In this document: piece after piece, positions 52,296-64,000 of the stretch | Numbering within the stretch: position 1 is the stretch's first letter | How the letters are laid out: the number at the start of each line of letters is the position of its first letter | DNA from: Geosiphon pyriformis uo1 | Lineage: Eukaryota; Fungi; Glomeromycota | Length of the DNA stretch: 64,000 bases | Reading direction: 5' to 3' | NCBI GenBank assembly: GCA_016748015.1 | Contig: JAAOMT010000009.1 | Location: 1,303,924 to 1,367,923, forward strand | Program-made: the position numbers and the translations under genes | Notes under the pieces: generated by a model | Databases searched by the model: none | Seen by the model: the letters and a program-made list of their open reading frames with translations, nothing else | What the model was told of the DNA's origin: nothing

Positions 52296-53828
52296 ATGCA
52301 ACAACAGCATCAAAATGCATTCGAACAAAATTACTTTAATCAAGCAAGTTTCTTAGCACGCCATCATCCACAATCACAACAACAACAACAACAACAGCAC
52401 CCCTATCACCAACAAACACAGGCTCAACCCATAAATCACCCCATAAAACTCGCTCACCCAACTTCTTATCACTTGGAACAAACACGGCTGCGTAACGGTA
52501 ATAGACAAGAACCGGCTTCAAATAACGATGGTGCGCCTCCAACACCAAAAAATTCTTTCACGCATAGTACAATAGACCCTGGTCTTTTAAATAATAACTT
52601 AAGTTCCTTCCCACGTCCTTTCTTCTCACACCATCACCACCACCACCATATTAAACAAGAATCAAATTCACCAGATATCAGTAACGACTTGGAATTTGAC
52701 CCTCCCTCAAATTTAATGTCCCCCTTGTCAAACTCACCTCTTGGTTCACCATCGCATAATTCTTTTGATCCTGACGAATTAATCGGTACGAAATTAAACA
52801 TACAGGCAGGCGGTGTACATCACGTTGATACAAGCTCTCAGTTTGGAGAATCTCCTGGGACGCAACCCTCAATCTATTCTCCCGGTCCGGAACAATCCGA
52901 TTTCCTTTTTGAAGATTTTTCCACGAGTGCTCCTTCCGGTCCAATGGATGTAAAACCGATTAACAATACCAAGTTCTTTAATCGACCTCATGGTAATAAT
53001 GGATTTACTAATCAAATACAGCCGATAAGTATGTCGCTACCAGTTACTCTTAATCAACCCACAGAATGGTTCGGCACTAGCTTAGATCATACGGGTGGAT
53101 TTGCACCTGGAGCTCATCCTTCTTCACTGCAATTTCCCCATGGTGAATTACCAATTGTTAATAGCGAATTCTTGCCAGAGGAAGGTGATACTATGGAAAA
53201 ACGGTATGTAAATATGGTCTAGCTACTAAATCATCATCTCTTGACATTTACCCAAGAAAAGAGAAAGAGAGGGAGAAAGGGAGAAAGGGAGAAAGGGAGA
53301 AAGAGAGAAAAGATGAAATAATTTTTTTCAGATATATATGTATAGCCTGATGCTTATTAATGTCACTTTTACTCTCTCTTATTTCAGCGCTTTAATGTGT
53401 GAGAAACGTCGTCGACGACGAGAATCTCACAATGCTGGTAAGTCAATCATTGAGAATAGCACATAAAACTCTGATTAAATTTCCTCAGATCATTTGCACC
53501 AATATAACTAATTATTCGACTTACCATCAAAGTTGAGCGTCGTCGAAGAGATAACATCAATGAAAAAATTCAAGAACTTTCCACATTATTGCCCGATTCT
53601 TTTAATGATTCTGCCAATAAACCAAATAAAGGAGTAATTCTTCGCAAATCAGTTGATTACATTCGAAATCTAAAGCAAATTGTCGACCAACAGGATGCGC
53701 GCAATCAAGAACTTGAGGCAATCGTTCGTGAGCTTCAATCGAAAATAGGGAGCACTAATTTGGATAGCAGTGTATCATCTTCACTTGAAACCGATGACCA
53801 GTCATCCAATATGAATATGATGTCGTAA
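52296..53828 (+). CDS. bHLH-leucine-zipper transcription factor (MiT/TFE/Rtg3-like); exons 52296-53203, 53388-53437, 53533-53828
   Basis: [12 protein letters not shown]|[21 protein letters not shown]...[20 protein letters not shown] followed by a zipper; Q/H-rich N-terminus. Confidence 0.92.
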
Positions 53829-54502
53829 TGTGAACATCGGATGTCTCATATTTTCTCGCGGAATTTACGATGTATCGGTCGATGTAAGGAGCTGTCGTGT
53901 GGTGGTTATAATTATATAAATAGATATTATATTTTTTTTATTTTTGTATTCTAGTTAATTAAATTCCTTTAAGCATCCAGCGAGTGAAATGAAGGGGAGA
54001 TGATTTCAGGGTTAAAAATCGAACCAGATTGATTTTGAGATTGTGATGGTTATCGAGAAGTTTGACGGATTTGGATCTCATTTGGTGGCTTCCCAACTGT
54101 GGAGACCTTAGATCCCTTGTATATTTGGTATAGTTTTTCATTCCGCAAAGTAGCTGTATAGTGTTAGTTTTAACGTTACAGATATTTTTTACCCTATCTT
54201 CTCCTGCTTTTCTTCATCCTCTTGCTATAATGTCCCATATTCTCCCGTTTCTCAATTCATTCTCAATTTTTTATACACTCAAGACTTTTTCGTTGATAAT
54301 AATGACACTTATGTTAGTATATGGCATGCCTTTAAGACCTTACACTATTTTCCTTTAGCGGTATTTCCAGCATGAAAACGCGCAAATATTTTCCTTTCTT
54401 ACCATTTCTCGCACCCTTAATAATTTGATCATTTCGCACGTCTTACCCCTTTAAATACCTTCCCCTCCTTTGAATACTAAGTCTTGATACTCATTCGAGT
54501 GT

Positions 54503-54555
54503 ACAAACAAACAAACAAACAAGCATACATACATACATACATACATCCTACATAC
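54503..54555. repeat. compound (ACAA)n(CATA)n microsatellite
   Basis: Direct reading. Confidence 0.85.
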
Positions 54556-54699
54556 CCATTCACAAGCAATTCGTAACGAAATGTAAAATGTCAATACAAG
54601 CAAATCTTAATTTCAAAGCTTTTCTCAATATAATCTTACTATTTATTGACACTGCCTGTGTTGCAACTTTATATTATTAAAAACAAAGAAATCATTTAA

Positions 54700-55050
54700 A
54701 TCCAATTCATTTCGAAGGGATAATTTTTTCGATTGCCAAATGCCACTTTGCTTGTACTCTACGAGTTTACTGCGTAGCTGATTATCGCCATGTTGCTGTT
54801 GCGAATTTGTATTCAAACACTTCAATATTCGGAATGACTATATAGCTTTACCCACACAATCACTTTTTTTTACTACTATATTTATTAATATTGCTGAGGT
54901 ATAGTCTCACCTCAAGTTTATCTGCAAGACTTTTCCTTACTGTATCTTGGTCGGACCCTTTAGATTCTTCTTGGCGCCTTTGATCCTTCACAAAATTTTT
55001 CTAATTACAATGGATCCTATCCCTAACAGTTTTAAGTGCTTCAATTAGCG
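54700..55050 (-). pseudogene. possible second, more eroded Fanzor/TnpB-like C-terminal fragment
   Basis: KGPTK / VRKSLADKL..LYLSNINKYSSKKK*LCG (compare IDEYxTSKxCxxC) / FRILKCLNTN. NRD motif not found. Confidence 0.4.
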
Positions 55051-55365
55051 TATCCCATTTTACAACCTTGACCTATGATTTTCTTTTGATGAACATTTTC
55101 TCCTCCTCAATATTTCTTTTTCTAATATATTCTCCCTTTATCACCACCACTACAACAATATAAATTTTCATCCAATAACACAATCCACATTTGTAACTAT
55201 ATTCATCTAAATATTTATACACGCATATATAAATACATTCATACACACATTTTTTGCTGTTATTAGAGATTCCTATAATTTGTTGAAGTGACATCTGATA
55301 TGATAGAAAAATAGCATTTTTTTTCTTGGGTTCAATAATTGCTAGAATAGAAACAATAGAGGACT

Positions 55366-56030
55366 TTACGATCGCGTCCAGTTACACAACCCTCGAATCC
55401 TTAATACACTAAAGTGATGTCCTAAAGTTCCATTCACCATATCTTCAGGTGAACCCAACATGAAGAGCCGGTCTATTAGTGACACCTCACGTCCCCTGCG
55501 AAAAATCTGGCCTCCCATCCCGTCCCACACCTGAAGAAGATTAAAGGTAGCCTTGACATCACGATTCCATATCAGCGACAAATTTTGTTAGTACACGCCC
55601 ACACACCACAAAACTCGTGACGACACTCATCTCCATTCTCCTGATTCATCATATCCTTGAGTTTATAACGATTGCAACGGCTGCACTCTTGCTAGTATGG
55701 GATTCATCAATAAACACTATAGTTCGGGTATAATGACCAGCCTTCCGGAACAATTGTACAGGTCCAGGTGGATTTCCAGCTGACATAGATGAGAACTTGC
55801 TATTCTCAACTGCGATTACCGTACTTAAGTATCGTTTTGTGAGTCGCCTAAGAACTGGTGTAAAGGCCTTCCGTCTTGCAATGTAAATTTCCCACAATCG
55901 TCTGCCTTTTTGACCAAAAACTTTGAAGATAAAAGAAGACATAATTGAGATGTTACTGGTAGGCATGACTGGTGCTAACCTTGTATGTGGCATGTTGCGG
56001 ATCCAGGGTCCTATAACCGGATCAGTATTA
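55366..56030 (-). pseudogene. Fanzor (eukaryotic TnpB-like RuvC nuclease) relic, C-terminal half
   Basis: In order across frameshifts: DPG (56002-56010), RRLWEIYIARRKAF, VIAVENSKFSSMSAGNPPGP, FIDESHTSK-CSRC (about 55675-55714), CTNKIC, IWNRDVKATFNL (about 55535-55572). Confidence 0.82.
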
Positions 56031-56229
56031 AACCAGCATTCACTTTTTTTTCTTTGTATCTAATTCAAGCAAAAATAAATGAAATTTTTGTAAAATTAAT
56101 TTTCAAATTTATTCAATTAAAGCAAAGCTTATTACTATTCTTTTCAATAAAAATCGGTATATGATAAAAAACATACAAAACCAGATCCAGATCTTTATTC
56201 CTTATATAAACACTGAAATAATTTGTTAT

Positions 56230-59200
56230 TACAATTTACAGCATAATGAATATTTTGGAAGACCAGGATTTTTTACTATAATATGCATATATTAACTTTT
56301 AATATATATATTATAATTATTATTTTTTATTAACAAATAGGTTTTTTTACTGTTTATTTAAATTATATAAATACAAATTATGTGTTTTTAACATATAACC
56401 AACCACTTAAACTTATGTTAAAACAATAAATTATGTTTTTACTTTTGTTATTAATTTAATATATTTTTTTAAAAACTATTATTTATTTATTTATATTAAT
56501 TTTATTAATTGTATTTACTAATTTATTTTATTAAATATTAAATTTATTTTTAACTTATTTTATTTAAAATTAATTAGTAAATTTTGTTATTTTTGCAATT
56601 ATTAATTTAACATATTTAAAAAGTTTTAAAGTTTTTTAATATTAAATTTTTAATACAAAGCTTTTAATTAAAATTTTGTAAAATTTTATTATTGTTAATA
56701 AATTATTATGTTTTTTACAAATAAATAATTTATGTAAATACTTAAAGATATTAAATTTGTAATTTTTTAAATATATATAATCTGCTTAAAATATTTTATA
56801 TTTAATTATAATTTTGGTTTTAATTTAACATTAATTAAATATTTAAAAATATAATTTAATATTTATGTTTACTATATTTGATATAATTTGTTTTTAATTA
56901 TTTAATATTATATATTTTTATATTTTATTATAAAAAGTTTTTTGTAAAATATTTTTATAATATAAATATAAATATTAACAATTTTGTCATTAGTTAAAAT
57001 TATGTTAAAATACAAGTTTAAATATTATATTAAACCAGTTTTTTAATTAATATTTAAGAAGTTTTTTTAAGTAATAAAAAATTTAAATATTTTTAATTAT
57101 TAATAAAATATTTTTTTGTTTAAAGTTTTTTTTTAAAATAATATATTAAAAAAACTCTTAATGTAATTATTATTATAAAAAACTCAAATTTTTAATTACA
57201 AACTAGTAATTAAAAAAACAAATTTTAAAAAAAACTTTTTTCTTTTTTTTAATTTTATAATTATAATCGAAACAATAAAATAAAATAGCTGTATTTTTTT
57301 TATCTCTTTTATTACTTAAAACAATTAATAATCTCTTTATTAATAAAGTACTAGTAATCATTAATATTCTATAAAAATACTTTTTTTAATTAAAGTTATA
57401 ATTAAACAGTTTTTTGCTATTCTAAAAACACATTTTTTGTTTTTGATTAAAAGTTTATCTTTTTTTAAAGTTTTTTTAAAAATAATATTATAAATAATAA
57501 ACAATATGTTAGCTTATAAATTAATACTTTAATATTATTAGATATTTTTAATAGTTAAAATTTTTGTATAATAAACAAAAATTCAATAATAATAATAAAC
57601 AATACTTAATATTTAACTTTTTTAATATAATAACTAGTTTATTTTGGTGTTTTTTATCTTTTTATTAAGTAATTTAATTAATTAATTTTATGTTTATTTT
57701 TGTATTTTTTATTAAGTAATTTTTAATATTATAATCTTAATTTTTTTTAATTAATTAATAAGCAAAAAACAACAATAAAAATAAAAACAATAAAAAAATA
57801 GCTTATTAATAACTAAATTTCTAACTGTTAAAATTATTTAATAAAAATAAACTAAACTTTTTTTGCTTTTACTATTATTATTATTATATATATAAATTTT
57901 TATAATACAAAATTTTTAGAATTATTATTAAAATTTTTAATATTTTTAAAATTTTTAGTATTTTTATTTAGAATTTTTAATATTATATACTTTAATAATT
58001 TATATTGTATTATTAACTAATTATATTATATTTTATTTATTATTATTTTTTCTGTTTTATTTTACAAGTAATAACAGTTTATTTAAAATAATTTTTGTAT
58101 AATTTTTGTTTTTTTAAAAATTTTAAAGTATTTAATAAAAAACTAATATTCAAGTTACTTTTTTTTTAAATAACCAAAAAAACTAAAATAAATTTTTTTT
58201 ATTTTTATTATATTTAATATTAATTTTTTTAAAATGCTAAAAAAAAATATTTGATATTTTTGGTAGTTTTAATGTTTTAAAATCTGCTTTTTTTTTGTGA
58301 AAAATAATGTTTTGGTTTTTTTTGCTCTTTTTGGCTTTTTTTACTAATTTTATATTATTAGCATTAAATATAATATTTAAATTTATTATGATTATAAATA
58401 AGAATAAATTTTTTGTTTTAAACAATAACAATAAAAACATATTAATTAATTCTAATTTGAATTAATTTTTGGCAAATATGTTAATTTCTAATAAATTATT
58501 GCTAATTTTAAAAGCAAATTAAAACATATTTTTAAGTATATTTTTAACATATTAAATTATCTAATTTTAAAAATTAAGTTGACCAAATAAAAAACAAAAT
58601 TAATTATTTTTTTGTTTTTTAGTGCTATCATTAAAAATACTTAAAAAACGCTTATTAATTAACAAAAATTTGTTAAATAAATAGTTATTATTTTGTTTTT
58701 TAGTTTATATATAATTTTATTAATATTAAGTTTGTATTTAAAAACAATATAAAGTTTTTTTATATAAATTAATTTTTTAGACTTCTTTAAATACTGTATT
58801 TTAAGTTATACTTGCTAATTCTGTTTTTATTTATTTTTAAAATAAATAAATTTAATAATATCTGAGTTTTACTTTTTTATTATTATTATTATTCTATATA
58901 ATATGATTTTAAGTATATTTGTGGCTAATATTAAAATAACTTTTGATAATTTTGGTAAAATTTCTAATGTTTTTTGAAATTTATTGATATTTAACAAAAT
59001 TTTATTATATATTTTAAATTTTTTAATATAAATATAGTTGTTTAATATATTAATTAGTTTTAATAAACAAAAATAAGATTAAAATTCTTTTTTAAAATGT
59101 ATTTAAGACCAAATTAATCTATGTTTTTTAATTATACAGTTTTTAAAATTAGTAAACTGGTTTTTTAAGTTAATAATAATGTTTTTTATCTCTTATTTTT

Positions 59201-59989
59201 CTAATTTTACTAAGCAGTTTTAATATATAATTATTATTTTTGATTTTAAAATTAATTTAAATACTATTGTTATTAAAATTGATATTTTAAAAAAATGTTA
59301 GATTTAGTAAAAAATTTCTGAATATAAATAGTATTTTAAATATCAAGATTTTGATTATTTAGTTTTAAAATATAAGATGTTATTATATTTTAAATTTTTG
59401 TTTTAATTTGTTGTCTTTTTCAAAATTTTTAATTCATATTATATTGAAACTAAATTTTATATTATAGTTTCTGTTTTTACTTTTTTGATTTTTTTTTATT
59501 GGTTTTTTAACTGCTGTTGTTATTATTATTATTGATTTTTTAATTGGTTTTTGGTTGATTTTTTTGAAATTTAAGTTAATTGTTTTAATTTTATTAGTTA
59601 AATTTATTATAAAATTTGATTGTTTTAATTACTAAATTGTTTGATATTTTTTCTGTTTTATATGTTAAATTAAAAAAAATATTCCTGTTTTTAGTAATAA
59701 GTTATATAGAATAAATTTGAAAATTAATAAACTTTATAAAAAATATAATAATAATAATAATATTATTATTATTAATAATATTTTTAATTTTATAATGACT
59801 TTATAAAAGTTTTAATTTCTTTTAATTAAATTGATTATTAAAATTACTTTTAAGTAAATAAATAATAGAATTAAAAAGAATAAAACTTTAATTATATATA
59901 TAAATAAGATATTTATTTAAAATAAGTTTTTTTAATAGTTTTAATTTAAATTATATAAAAAACACATAAATTATATTTAATTTAAAACT
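56230..59989. repeat. extremely AT-rich eroded TE relic, homologous to 22490-24480 and 30869-31330
   Basis: Same-strand collinear similarity at 57550-57750 versus 22870-23080 and at 58700-59200 versus 23730-24250. Confidence 0.75.
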
Positions 59990-62900
59990 AAACTTCTTTC
60001 TCTCCTTCATCCAAAATTCCCAAAAAAGAGTCAAAAGTTTTTTTGAAAGAAGTTTTTTACCATTCAATACGATAAGTCAAAATCATTCTTCGATTATAAG
60101 GCCACTGTTGGTCCTATTATTGCTGTTATGAAGAAGACTATTAAAGTTTCTGGTTCTGAGGGTGGTTTCAAGGTGGTTGTGTCAAGAAAGAAGAGGAAAG
60201 AAGATGTATTAGCAGAGGGTATTGATAATAAAAGAGTTGCTGCTGAAGCTTCTAGTGTTCGTTCATGGAGTTCTGAGACAGGTAACACTATTGAGTCTAA
60301 GAGTATTGACATGGAAGAGGAGTGCTTGGTTGAAGAAACCAGTGTTGACTATGGTAAGAGTGGTGCTTTCACAGAAGGAGATCTTAATCAAATGCCAAAA
60401 GATTTGCATGTAAAGACCAAAAAAGTGTTAGGGAAGCCTCTGGGTATGATTGATTATGGTAATGTCAATACAGACAATGGCATATTAGACAATTTTTTTC
60501 TTCTTCCGTCCTCTCTACTTATCAAACCATCTGTACAAGTGCCTGTTTGCAAATTTTTTGCTTTAGATATTGATCTTGTGGTCATTGCTGGGAAGTCTTC
60601 TCAGGAAAAATTAAGTTTTATCAAGAAAATTTTTTCAAGTGTGAATGATTTTGGAGGGGCTTTTACTCCCTCAAAATTTGGTGGAGTTATTTGTGTGACT
60701 TTTACTTCGGAAAAAGCAATAATGGCTGCTGAAAAGTTGGCAAATAATCATGGTATTGTGGTAAACACCAATCTTAAGCATCCGATAAACAATCGTACAA
60801 ATCGGGATATTGTGATTAAGGAGATTCCTGTTGGTACATTAATTGAGATGGTGTGCACAACTGTTTCCGAATTTGGGGTTGTTGTGTTGATCAAAATGCA
60901 GTTGGTAGGACTGTGGCAAAAAGCAATTGTCACTTTGGAAGATTCCAATCAGGCTGATTTGTTGGCATCCAAGTAGTCTATTCTTATCGGGAAAGATGTG
61001 GTCCAGGTGGCCAGAGCTGATGTTGATAAACAGACTTGGGATTCCAAAGATGAGTTTAAGGCATTGCTTTACACTTTTCTTGTGGAAACCAATACACATG
61101 ATTTTTGGAATTTTATTGGTTTAATGGATGGGAAAATATGTGTTATTGAGTGTAATTCAGTTAACTACACTTGGGCGCACTGCACCACAGTGTGTTTTGA
61201 GTCTGAGAGCGATCTGAATTAAGCTCTGGCCAACACTCCGGTGATAAAAGGTGTCAGTCTCTATTGGTCGCACCTGTTTGCTGCCTTGTGTTCCTCTTAC
61301 AATTCTCTTAGTCATACATCTAAGAATTGTAAATCAGCTGGTGTGTCTTCAAGTCCGAAGGACAAGAGAGCTCCTTTCTCAGCTCAGGATTGGTTTAAAT
61401 TAACAAAGATTTATAAAAAGAAGTCTGCTCCTGTTTCTCATCCTTTGGCTTTTGGTGGAAAGACTTGGGCATTAGTGGTTGGCTCTATTCCTTCAGGCAC
61501 TTCTCTTGGATATGACTCTCAGCTTGGTTCCATTGGAAATAGTAAACCTCTCCTTCCAGTAGTAAATGATTTGGAAAAACATTTGGTTAGTATTGAAAGC
61601 AGTCTTGTCAGTCTTACGGGACAAATTGGTAAGTTGGCTAAGAGGTTGGAATCATTTATACTGGCAGTTTCTCAGCCTAGCCCTGGATGTTAGCTGCCAG
61701 TAACCCCCCCCATCACAGAATCAAGGAGAGGATATAGTAATGGGAGTGGGTTCAGATGATGCCACTAGTGACAAGACTGCTGCCATTTCAGGTTCAACTG
61801 CCTCACCTAAGGTTGTGAAATTGGAAAACATGTTGGAAAGTCTTTCTGCTTCAGTCATAAGCCTATCAGCGTGCTTGGATGGTTTGGCTTTAGCAGGTGG
61901 TGCTCTTTCTCTATCTTTTTCTTAATGAGTAGTCTGGTATAGAAAATTGCCATATGTAATGTTCATGGGTTGAACAATCCTACGAAGCAAGATGATGTCA
62001 TTCATTGGTACAAGAATATGAACAATTTGGTTTCTATTTTTATGGAGTCAAAGCTTAAAGAGAAAGTTTGTCCATGGTTAACTGACAAATTTGATGGTGT
62101 TTGGGTTTTTACTTCTGGTCTGGATTCTAGTTTTATGGGTGCTGGTGTGTTGATTGTCATGAATTCTTCTTTAACAAAACACATCTGTAAGGTCTCTGAG
62201 ATGCCTGGTTGGCTCCTATCCATCAAGTTGCTTTTTAAAAATGAACTTTCAGTGTCTATTTTGGGGCTCTACACTGGTGTTTCATTAGTGGTTCGGTTTT
62301 CTCAGGCTGGTGAAATCAACTCTCTTATTGCTAAAGCTGTTAATGAATTTTCTTTTGTTGTCCTTAGTGGTAATTTTAATGAAGATGGTTCTCAAAAGTG
62401 TGCAAGTTTCAAAAAATGCCTTGAATTGGGGTTGGTTAACTTTTTAATTGGAAGTCCGGCCATTAAGATGCCCACTTGGGCAAATTCTAGGGGTGTTATG
62501 AAAACTATTGATTATGTATTTGTTTTACTGAATCTGGTCAATTCTTTGGTATATTGCAGTGTTTCAAATGTCAATAAATATTTTGATACAGACCACCAGG
62601 CTGTGTCTGTATCTATGGGCCTGAGTAGTTTATTAGATACATGCTTGTTTTCTCTTCGCAAGCAGGCAAATAAAGATCATTGGAAATTTGATGTCAAAAA
62701 TACCAGTGAGGCTAAATGGCTTGAGTTTAAGAATGCTATGACTGCTAACACTACTATGTTATCAAGTGCGTTTGGTAATGCTGTGAAGTTTTCTGATCTT
62801 GGTGTTATATGAGACATTATTTGCAAGATCATGGTTATTTCAGCTGGTGGTGCTTTTAAGAAAAGATGGTTCAAAGGTTTTAATATAGTTCGCAATAAAG

Positions 62901-64000
62901 TGTTGTCTAGGTTTCATAAGCTGGAGCTGTTAGTTTCCAAGCTGGTGAAGGCTTTTTGTTTGAGTTTTAGTGTCAGTTTTGCTTCACTTTTGGGTATATG
63001 AAACAATCTTAACTCTGCTGGTGCTTCGACAGTAAGATTTATGTTCTTTTCTGGTGCTAAATTTGATGACATTTGTTCTGCTCTGCTCAAAGCGAGGAGG
63101 TTATACCACTTTTCTAAATTGCTAGAGTCTAAGCATGCTGAAGAATCTCACATTAGGCAGGCTATTACCAATAGGATGGAGAGTTTTGAGCTGGATAAGG
63201 GTCATACAATCAGAAGTGTGTTGGAATGTCCCTTTCACAAAGTGGTTTTGGACCATCTGGTCATGGACAATGAGTTAGTTCTTAAACCTGATTTGGTTAA
63301 GTCTAAGGTAAATGCTATTATAGAAGGATGAACTAGGAAGCATGTGGTGGTTGATGATTTTTCTGATACTTGGTCTCATCAATACAAACCTTTGAACTAC
63401 ATTTTTGATGTTGTTTTTTCTGGAGTAATAAGTAAGATTGATTTACTAGTCTTCCTGATAGGAAAGCTGTTGGTTTTTCGGGCATCTCTAATGAGCTTTA
63501 GAAATATTATGATAAGTTGGTTTTGGGTTTGCTTTTGGTTTTTTTGAATTTTTGTTTGTCTTGTGAGTTGTTGTCTAGTCCTTAAAAAAAGGCTTGGGTT
63601 TTGATGATTCTCAAACCTTATGAGTGGGAGAGTGTTCTCACAAATACTTGTCCTATTGCCTTAATCAAAACAGCTTGCAAGATTCTATCCAAGATTTTTT
63701 CAGATAGGATCTCACTGGCTTGCAGCTCATATGATGTTCTGTATGGTAACAATTTTTCGGTTTTAAAGGGTACAACAACTCAGTTTCCTATTTTTGTGGT
63801 TGGCTTGATAATTGAGGATGCTTTGGAAAAAAACCGGGAATTTTGGCTTGTATGGAAGGCATATGATTCAGTTGGCTGGGAGCACCTTGAAAGAAGCTTG
63901 GTTAGGATCAAAATGTGTAGTAAATTTGTTTGCTTTTTTGGTAGTATTCATAGGGACTGAACCAACCATGTCATAACAGATTTTGATTTGACCGATAGTT
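59990..64000 (+). mobile_element. LINE copy 3 (same subfamily as copy 2), 5' end to RT, continues right of window
   Basis: ORF1 60128-61925 and ORF2 from 61925 (APE, RT start) in fragments; highly similar to the reverse complement of 34930-38959. Confidence 0.95.

Noticed and set aside
56230-59989. organellar or endobacterial DNA insertion, or centromeric satellite, as the source of AT richness
   Set aside because: No genes or tandem periodicity; dispersed homology to 22.5-24.5 kb favours an eroded TE.

Overview
Eukaryotic (fungal) DNA with short GT-AG introns. The TE and protein families (Crinkler-like nuclease, SEL1 repeats, RNase H LINEs) point to an arbuscular-mycorrhizal/Glomeromycotina-type genome; this is an inference. 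About three quarters of the window is transposon-derived. (1) 1-22.5 kb is a nested stack. Ty3/Gypsy element A, with an open gag-protease frame, sits in the RT of Gypsy B, which sits in a pogo/Tigger transposase. A full-length Gypsy C (two LTRs, 4-bp TSD) sits in a block carrying Crinkler-like REase and SEL1-repeat pseudogenes. B and C encode a Cys-rich domain plus a trimeric dUTPase between protease and RT, and C has an extra ORF after integrase. (2) Three RNase H-type LINEs (24.5-30.9, 32.2-39.0, 60.0-64 kb), each with a TAATG-type ORF1/ORF2 overlap, are embedded in extremely AT-rich tracts that are eroded copies of one repeat. (3) A CpG-retaining host gene island at 39.6-54 kb: NOG2, UMP1, GUK1, COG6 and a bHLH-LZ transcription factor. 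(4) One clear and one probable Fanzor/TnpB-like RuvC nuclease relic at 54.7-56.0 kb. No rRNA, tRNA or CRISPR array was seen.
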